Assembly (NCBI GenBank): GCA_949358305.1
Contig: OX442314.1
Location: 17,236,001-17,300,000, forward strand
DNA: 64,000 bases
From: Strigamia acuminata
Lineage: Eukaryota
Direction: 5' to 3'
Part shown: one piece after another, positions 55,377 through 64,000 of the stretch
Numbering within the stretch: the first letter of the stretch is position 1
How the letters are laid out: every line of letters starts with the position of its first letter
Made by a program: the position numbers and the translations under genes
Notes under the pieces: generated by a model
What the model was told of the DNA's origin: nothing
The model's input: only the letters and a program-made list of their open reading frames with translations
The model's database searches: none

Positions 55377-56426
55377 TCACTTAGCTAATAACGGTAATCG
55401 ATTTGTCGGTGCCATAATACAAGCCAAAACGAAAAACAAACCAAAATATAAATTAAGTTTAGCAGTTTCTTGAGGCAAATGTTCGAGATTTTCTTGACGG
55501 AATTGACGTTCCAATTTAAATGCCGCGTGCAGGGTAATCAGCGGTAGGAGCAACCAAATCGTGTAATGCACGCCTAAAACCGCAAACAGAATGTACGGAG
55601 AAAAGAGAAGAAAGGCGAATAAAACGTGCGATGATGTCCGCCCGATCAAAATGGCCATGGTGACGATCCCGGCGCGTTGATCCGACTCCATGTCTCGGGT
55701 GTTGTTGCTATGTAAAATAGCTTCGGTGTTTAAAGCGATTGGTATTGCGTAGTAGAGAGTTACAACGTCCATTGCGCCTGTTTGAGCCACGAATGCAAAT
55801 AATACTGTTACAGGGCCGAAGATGATTAGAACCAAAACATCGCCTAGCCCGATGTATTTGAGCCCAATTCCTCCCGTGTACAAAAAAGAACTGGACAGTC
55901 CGCCAAAATAAACCAAGGCTAAGTGCTCCATTTTGGCAGGTGATAAGAGAACCAATAAAATGAATCCGCCGCATCCAATAGCGTACAACATCACGCCCAA
56001 GTGAGCCACTTCATCGGGTGTGAGGATTTTATCAACAAGTGTTCTGTCGTCACTTCTCTTCTTACTGTCGATGCCTTTAATAAAATCATAATATGAGTTG
56101 ACTAAATTGCCCGCTCCGTGTACGCTGAATGCAGTGAGGCAGGTCACGACGAATGTGATTACGTCGAAGTTGCCGGTGACTTTGTGCGCTAAAGCACAAC
56201 CGAGACACACGGGTATTAAGGAAGCACTGAATGACCACGGTCGGACTGCTGTGAGGTACGATGACAAACGGAATTGACTGCCTTTAGTTTCGGTTTTCGC
56301 CTGCCAATTGGGCGGTGGTTTTGTTGACATGTATTTTGCATGGTTATTCTCGGACGTGGAAGAAATGTTTTCGGTGTGCGAATGCTGGGTCTGGTCCCTA
56401 ATTACGTTCTCGGTGTTTAATGCCAT
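55377..56426 (-). CDS. UBIAD1: UbiA prenyltransferase domain protein 1 (heixuedian), single coding exon, ~349 aa
   Basis: [84 protein letters not shown] at 56426 follows an acceptor near 56453; the upstream non-coding exon donor is near 56664. Confidence 0.96.
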   Translation of the reverse strand: MALNTENVIRDQTQHSHTENISSTSENNHAKYMSTKPPPNWQAKTETKGSQFRLSSYLTAVRPWSFSASLIPVCLGCALAHKVTGNFDVITFVVTCLTAFSVHGAGNLVNSYYDFIKGIDSKKRSDDRTLVDKILTPDEVAHLGVMLYAIGCGGFILLVLLSPAKMEHLALVYFGGLSSSFLYTGGIGLKYIGLGDVLVLIIFGPVTVLFAFVAQTGAMDVVTLYYAIPIALNTEAILHSNNTRDMESDQRAGIVTMAILIGRTSSHVLFAFLLFSPYILFAVLGVHYTIWLLLPLITLHAAFKLERQFRQENLEHLPQETAKLNLYFGLFFVLACIMAPTNRLPLLAK

Positions 56427-56664
56427 CAGGAAAAAATTTTCATTATTCAAATCTAAAAATAAAAATGAGAGAAAATTTTATTGATCATTTTGAAAACGGT
56501 AAAAATGAATAAATGGGGGAATTAACGTAAAATAAATAAGAAAATAAATAGGTAAATAAAATAAATTGAAAAAAATATATATTGCTCGAACGGGTCGTCC
56601 TTTACTTTCATAATTACCTTCAATGGAACGAAAAGAAATGAAAAGAAAAGAAATCATTACTCAC

Positions 56665-57103
56665 CGCTAGAAAAAGAAATAATTTATAAATATTCTTCTC
56701 ATTACGCTACATAGCCTACTTTTTTCATGACGTCATAACTGTGAAATTGACAATTTTACGTTCCGCATAAAGATGTTTTAACGACTTTTTGTTATCATCT
56801 AATTATTAAATTAAAAATAAATAAAATTTAGAAATAATTTAAAATTATTTTCGTTATTTCAAATATATTTTTTAGACCAGTCAAAACATTTTAGTGGTAA
56901 CCGATTTCCGGTTCCGTAACCCCAAGTTTTTTTTTAATCCCGTGTTTGTGATTTTGTTTACGTTAGATTTCCTATTATCGATGTTGGTGGTTGGGTAGGA
57001 AGTTGAAGATTAGAAGCGATGAGTCGTGAGATTTTTACTCATATGTTTACAAACATAAAGCAAACTTCACTCTGAAGAATTGTGTAGCAAAATCAGTCTC
57101 AGT
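56665..57103. promoter_or_regulatory. Probable bidirectional promoter and 5' UTRs of UBIAD1 and mTOR
   Basis: The divergent genes are <450 bp apart between the UBIAD1 non-coding exon and the mTOR ATG. CRE palindrome TGACGTCA near 56729, ETS-like TTCCGG near 56906, DRE-like TATCGAT near 56976. Confidence 0.55.
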
Positions 57104-60100
57104 ATGAATACATTAATGGCCCAGATCGTCTCGGGTCTGAAAAGCAAGAACGAGGAGACCCGGGTCAAAGCAGCGAGAGATTTGTACCATTATGTCACGA
57201 CCGAGTTGCGAGAAATATCGGTCGAGGATCTCACCGTTTTCATTGACGATTTCAATCATCACATCTTCGAAATGGTTTCCAGTGCTGATGTCAATGAAAA
57301 GAAAGGAGGACTTTTGGCTATTAGTACGCTAATAAATTTATATATTTTTTTTTACTCGAAATGATATTTTGAAAATTCTAAAATAACTTGTTTCGTTTCC
57401 AGTTAGCCTTATTGGTGTTGATGTCGGAAACACGAGCACCAAGATCAGCAGATTCGCAAATTACCTTCGGAATTTATTGCCCAGCAGTGATACTGGAGTG
57501 ATGGAACTAGCAGCTAAAGCTGTGGGTCGTTTAGCACTCGCAAGTGTGACTTACACGGCAGAATATGTGGAATTTGAAGTGAAACGAGCATTTGAGTGGT
57601 TAACCGGTGATAGAATTGAAGGAAGGAGACAGGCAGCTGTAAGAGATTAATAATCACGACTTAATTAATGTTTATTGAGTACTTTTTCTTTTAATTTTTG
57701 TAGGTATTGGTTTTACGGGAACTTGCTGTGTGTACACCGACATTTTTCTTCCAACAAGAACAACAGTTTTTTGATTGCATTTTTAACGGCGTACGAGATC
57801 CTAAGGTTGGGTTTTGAAATATTTATTCATTATCTGAATATTTAATAAGTCATTCGAGGTATTTCACATTTTAGCCTTCGATTAGGGAAGGCGCAGTTGC
57901 GGCTGTCAGAGCTGCTCTCGTTTTAACAGCTCAGCGAGAATCAAAAGAAACTCAAAAACCTATGTGGTATAAAGTAAGAACAGTAATTTTAATTAATGAT
58001 AATTTTATGAATAAATTCTGAACAATTTATTAATAGCTGTGTTACGACGAAGCTGAGCAAGGATTTGAAGATATCACACCGCGAGAAAAAGGCGTTAACA
58101 GAGATGATCGAATTCACGGTTCACTTATACTCATTAACGAGTTATTAAGATGCAGCAGTGCTGATGGAGAGGTGCCGAATTTACGCGGCAAATAAAGGTT
58201 AAAAATTGTAATTACTTAATTATTTTTTTTTATTTTAGCGATTAAGACAAGAATTGCACGAAACTGCACAACAACAACAAAACCACGACCAAAGCTATAA
58301 AGAATTGGTTTATCACAGTCGTTTAAAACCACCGGTTCTTTTTTCTTTGAACTTTCAACATTTGCATCAAAAAGGAACTTCGAATCAACTCCTAACCACA
58401 ACTTTATTTGCAAGCCTGCAACAAAGTCCGAAATTACCAGTTTGTGAAAGTAATACGTGCAAGGAGCTCATGAATGAAAATTTCGATCAGGTAATTACAT
58501 TGCTTAATGCTGTAAATAAATTTGCATAATTATTTACATGTATCCTAAGATATGCGAACAAGTGCTGAAGCAAAGAAACACACGAAGTGTGTTCGTTCAA
58601 CAAACATTATTAGCAGTTCTTCCACGACTTGCATCTTTTCAAACACAGAAATTTGTTAGGGGGTACCTAAGCGATACAATGTCATATTTGCTAAGTTGTT
58701 TGCGGCGAGATAGAGAACGGTTTAATGCTTTCACCGCAGTTGGGCTTCTCGCTGTTGCTGTTGGGCCTGATGTTAAAGAGTACTTGCCCAAAATTATGGA
58801 ACTTATTAAGGTTTCATTGCCGTCTAAAGAAACGCCTTCAAAGTATAATTGTTATTTTTGTTTAAGAATTATAATTTAATTGTTGATGGTGTTTAATTTT
58901 AGAAAGAAAACTCCTCCCGTCGATCCATCTGTCTACTCTTGTATTAGTTTGTTGGCTAAAGCGGTTGGTATAGACGTGAAAGAAGATATTAGAAATTTAT
59001 TAGATAGTATGCTTGCGGTTGGACTTAGGTAAATATCTATATTGATTTTGTTAAATGATTTCTAGTTAAAAAAATTTTTCCAGTCCTGCTCTGACAGCAT
59101 CTCTGCGTGATTTGGCAACGGAAATACCTGTGTTAAAAAAAGATATACAGGATGGATTACTTCAAATGTTATCGTTTATCATCATGCATAAACCGCTATG
59201 TCATCCGGGAAAGCCAAAAAATAATTCTCCTATTCCATTAACGGGTAAAACTTAATTTACAAATGTTAAAATTATATTTAAAAATGTGTTTTTTTTTCTT
59301 TTAGCTAATTTTGCAAGTTTAATCGAAGTAACCGATGTGACTAGCATCACTCTGGCTTTAAGGACTTTAGGCAGTTTTGATTTTAATGGGCATTCCCTAA
59401 TGCCATTCGTGTCCCATTGTGCGGAATATTTTTTAAATCACGAACATAAAGAAATTCGAATGGAATCTGTTCGAACATGTTGCCGTTTGCTGTCCCCGGT
59501 GTTACAAGTATGTAGACATTTAAGACAAATTTTTTAGTTTTTGCAGTCCGTTTTAATTGCATCGTTTTATAGGGACGTTACAGTCCAAAATCGGCACAAA
59601 TTATTTGCGACGTATTGTCGAAATTGTTGATTGTTGGCATCACGGATACGGATCCAGATATTCGGTTCTGTGTTTTAGCATCTCTAGACGACCGGTTCGA
59701 CACCCACTTGGCTCAGGCGGAAAATCTGAGTTCGCTGTTTGTAGCTTTGAACGACGAAGTGTTTGAAATACGTGAAGTTGCTATTGGAACGATTGGCAGG
59801 CTGAGTCGACTCAATCCAGCTTATGTGATGCCGCCACTTCGAAAAACACTCATTCAAATTTTAACGGAGTTAGAAAATAGTGGTCTGGGTAGAAATAAGG
59901 AACAAAGCGCTCGTATGCTGCGTCATTTGGTGGCGAACGCACCGAGACTTATTCGACCATACATGGAACCGATTTTAAAGGTTTTGATACCCAAGCTGAA
60001 AGATACAGAACCTAATCCTGGTGTTGTGATTAGTGTTCTTGCTGCAATTGGAGAACTAGCACAAGTAAATATGGATTTTTTTAAAAGATTTTCGAATATG

Positions 60101-63100
60101 ATTACTGTTATCTTCGTACAGGTTAGTAGTATTGAAATGCGCAAGTGGATAGATGATTTACTGCCGATTATTATGGACATGTTGCAAGATTCTTCGTCTG
60201 TTACAAAACGAGAGGTAACTTTTGGAGCTGGGACTGTAGGAAATAAGTAATTTAATTGAGTTTGTTTTATTAGATTGCGCTTTGGACGCTGGGTCAGTTG
60301 GTAGAGAGTACGAGCTACGTTGTTGAACCCTACACAAAGTATCCACAACTTTTGGAAGTGCTGTTAACTTTTTTGAAAACTGAGCAATCGACCAGCATTC
60401 GTCGTGAAGCAATCCGAGTTTTGGGCTTGATAGGAGCCCTAGATCCATATCGTCACAAAATGAATGTGGGCACGATTAATCATTCGGGAGATTCCGGTGT
60501 AGTAATTAGCATGACTGACTCGAAAGCAGAGGCTGACATGAATCAAGGTAGAATAATTATAAATTGTGCCGAAAAAATTAATTAATTCAAATGAAACAAA
60601 ATAGAACTAACGACTAGCGAGATGTTGGTAAACATGCCATCAAGTTCTTTAGAAGAATTTTATCCAGCCGTGGCTATAGCGATGCTTATGCGCATCATTC
60701 GCGATCCGACTTTGGCGCAGCATCACACGATGGTAGTCCAAGCGGTCACTTTTCTTTTTAAAGGTTTAGGCATAAAGTGCGTTCCGTACTTGCAACAAGT
60801 GATGCCGTCTTTTCTAAACGTTATTCGAACTTCGGACAACAATTTTCGAGAAGTATAATCAGTTGTAACTGTGGATGACTGGAAACTAATTGCGTTGGGT
60901 TTAGTTTTTATTTCAGCAATTAGGTGTTTTGATTTATATAGTCAAGCAACACATTAGGAACTACTTAGGAGATATTTTTGGTATTATCAAGGTAAATGGA
61001 AATAATTGTGGTTTTAGGTGGTCAAGTGAGCGGAATTAATGAGAACTTTATTAAAGGACTATTGGACAGTGAACAATCCATTGCAAAATACAATCATTTT
61101 GTTAGTAGAACAAATCGCCATTGCTCTTGGGGCAGAATTCAAAATCTATGTGCCTCGTCTGATTCCACAGATTCTTAAAGTTTTCATGTACGATAACAGT
61201 ACAAATAGGACTGTAACGTTGAAGGTAAAATCTTTGTATTTTTATCCTGAAAATTTGATTTTGAAACCGATTCATTTTGTGCGTTAGCTTTTACTGGCCT
61301 TGCAGAAATTTGGATCTAATCTTGACGATTACCTCCATTTAATTCTACCACCAATTGTTCGTCTTTTCGATTCTCAAGAGGTTCCAATTGCAGTTCGAAG
61401 GTGCAGTATGCAATTAACTGAAATATGTGGTGATTTACTTTTATTCTATATTAGATGTGCGTTGGAAACTGTCGATCATTTGACAGAATCGTTGGATTTC
61501 ACGGATTATGCTTCCAGAATAATACACCCTTTAGTACGAACGTTAGATAGTACTCCTGAATTACGCCATGTTGCAATGGAAACATTGACTGCGTTAGTCG
61601 TTCAACTTGGCAAAAAGTACGAAATCTTTGTACCGATGGTACACAAGGTGCTGGCTAAACATCGTATTAATCACGAATTATATGATGTTTTAACGTGCCG
61701 AATATTTCGCGTAAGAAGAATTAATGAAAAATTAATGAAATGTGATGTAATCGTTTTAAATTGTAAATGTTAGAGCTCGACAACGTCAGTGGAGGAAGAT
61801 GATCCATTGTTATCACCTAATCGGTACACCCGTCCTAAATCGAGGGAGCATGAAAACACCGTCGGTATTTCTGATACTCCAACCATAAAAAAACTGCACG
61901 TAATTGCAGTGAATTTGCAACGAGTAAATGTTTTTTTCTTCTTTTTATTCGATCGTTTTAATCGTTGTAATCATTTTTAAATAGGCGTGGACAGCAACTA
62001 GACGAGTGTCTAAAGATGATTGGCTCGAATGGCTTCGTCGACTTAGCATTGAACTGCTCAAGGAGTCGCCCTCTCCAGCTCTGCGGTCTTGTTGGGCTTT
62101 AGCACAAACCTACAGTCAATTGCCAAAAGATTTATTTAACGCCGCTTTCGTGTCATGTTGGACCGAATTAAATGAACAACAACAGGATGAGTTGATCCAA
62201 AGTTTGGAACAAGCGCTTCTGGCTCAAGATATTCCAGAAATTACCCAAACACTCTTAAACTTGGCCGAGTTTATGGAACACTGCGACAAAGGGCCGTTGC
62301 CTTTGGACCTCATTCATTTGGGTGAACGGGCTATGAAATGTCGTGCCTACGCTAAGGCGCTGCATTACAAAGAGGATGAATTTCATAAAGGACCCACAAC
62401 CGAGGTTCTAGAGGCTCTTATTAGTATTAACAACAAACTTCAGCAACCCGAGGCTGCCATGGGAGTTCTGGAATATGCCATGAAAAATCATGGACATGAT
62501 TTAGTAAGAATGAATATGAAATGAATGAATGCTGGAATGAGAATAATTTAATTTTTTCAATTAAAGAAAATACAAGAGCGATGGTATGAAAAACTCCACG
62601 ATTGGGAATCGGCTCTGCAAGCATATCAACAGAAATTGGAGCAGAATCCCGATGATATGGAATTATTGCTGGGTCAAATGAGATGTTTAGAGGCGCTTGG
62701 GGAATGGTACGGTGTCAAATCAATTTAATGATCAATTTAATTTCTTTTATATTGGTTGTATATTTTAGGGGACATTTACATCAACTTGTTAACGAAAAGT
62801 CGGCCAGTGTTGATCTTGACTCGAAAAAGAGAATGGCTAGAATGGCATGTGCTGCAGCTTGGGGATTAGGTATTTTCGATTGTCTTTTAAAGGTACTGTA
62901 GTAAAAATAAAAATAAATCTATTTGTGCAGAACAATGGGATAGTGTACGCGAGTACTCGAACCTAATCCCACTGGAGACACAAGATGGCGCCTTCTACGG
63001 GGCTGTTCTTGCTATAAATGCGAACGATTTTCATTCCGCTCAAAACTACATCGATAAGGCTAGAGACCTTCTGGACACTGAACTTACGGCTATGGTTGGG

Positions 63101-64000
63101 GAGAGTTATCAGAGAGCTTATGGAGTAACTAGATTTAATTATTCCCGTTACAATTGTTTCTAAGAAATTTATTAATTTATTAGGCAATGGTGATAGTACA
63201 AATGCTATCAGAATTGGAAGAAGTAATTCAGTATAAATTGGTTCCTGAAAGACGAGATGCTATTCAACAAATGTGGTGGGCGAGATTAAAAGTGAGAATT
63301 TTTAGAAAAGAAAATACGGTAGTGTATTGGATTTTAAATCAATATTGTTCCATGTAGGGATGCCAGCGTGTGGTCGAAGATTGGCAAAAAATTATTCACG
63401 TTCATTCTCTGGTAGTAAAGCCGCACGAAGATATGAGAACGTGGTTAAAATATGCTAGTTTATGTCGTAAAAATAATCGACTGGTAATTAAATTATAAGT
63501 TTATAGTATTCTTTTAACTAACTTGGTTTTCTTTATCAGATGTTATCACACAAAACGCTCGTGAAGTTGCTGAAGACGGATCCATCCATTCATCCACATG
63601 AGCCATTACCTACTCTTCATTCGCACGTGACTTTTGCTTATACTAAACACATGTGGAAGAGTAATCAAAAGGAGGAAGCATTTAGTCAGCTACTCCATTT
63701 TGTTCAAGCTTCACTACACCCGCAAGCAATTCAGTTATCTACGGGTGAAGATTCCGATCAACAAAAAGATACAAATAAACTTCTGGCAAAGTAATTATTT
63801 GAGTTTGAATGAATTTGTATAGATGCTTAATTTAAATTAATTATGCAGATGCTATTTAAAGCTTGGTCAATGGCACGAGAGCTTGCACAGTATAAATGAA
63901 GCATCAATACCTCAAATTCTTCAATGGTTTTCAGCAGCAACTGAAAGAGATAGTAATTGGTATAAGGTACACAGATTTTAGCGTATTTAAAAGATGGTAT
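57104..64000 (+). CDS. MTOR: Serine/threonine kinase mTOR, 5' part (HEAT repeats and FAT domain), truncated by the window end
   Basis: [133 protein letters not shown] at the end. Many short GT-AG introns. Confidence 0.97.

Noticed and set aside
59923..60448. Antisense ORFs inside mTOR, and similar ones in NOC2L, calsyntenin and Pax3/7
   Set aside because: Shadow frames of real coding exons with no independent support.

Overview
Eukaryotic, AT-rich, compact animal DNA with many ~55-90 bp GT-AG introns. It is probably an arthropod and plausibly a non-insect such as a myriapod. This is inferred from a gooseberry-type Pax3/7 N-terminus, an intact TTLL10, an SHP2 lacking the Drosophila phosphatase insert, and an intron-rich TOR. 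Nine protein-coding genes can be reconstructed by hand: TTLL10-like glycylase (+), SHP2/corkscrew (-), NOC2L (+), Cdc42 (+), calsyntenin (+), Pax3/7 (+, large introns, followed by an ~11.5 kb gene-free region), triosephosphate isomerase (-), UBIAD1/heix (-) and mTOR (+, runs off the window). Also present are an intron-containing TFIIE-alpha pseudogene, two related TA-flanked CCGTA-ended MITEs, a decayed repeat/coiled-coil ORF, and several tandem repeats. No rRNA, tRNA, CRISPR or prokaryotic system was found, and I see no clearly new molecular system. The strongest observations are: (1) nearly every gene has a human homologue in 1p36 or paralogous 12p13, including the head-to-head UBIAD1-MTOR pair, suggesting ancient bilaterian linkage; (2) a 45-nt frame-preserving cassette exon in the calsyntenin juxtamembrane region followed by four GCATG (Rbfox-type) motifs; (3) clustered Su(H) and Su(H)/NF-kB composite sites around Pax3/7; (4) candidate alternative first and last exons of Pax3/7. 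Gene calls rest on manual translation and recalled family motifs; no database search was run.
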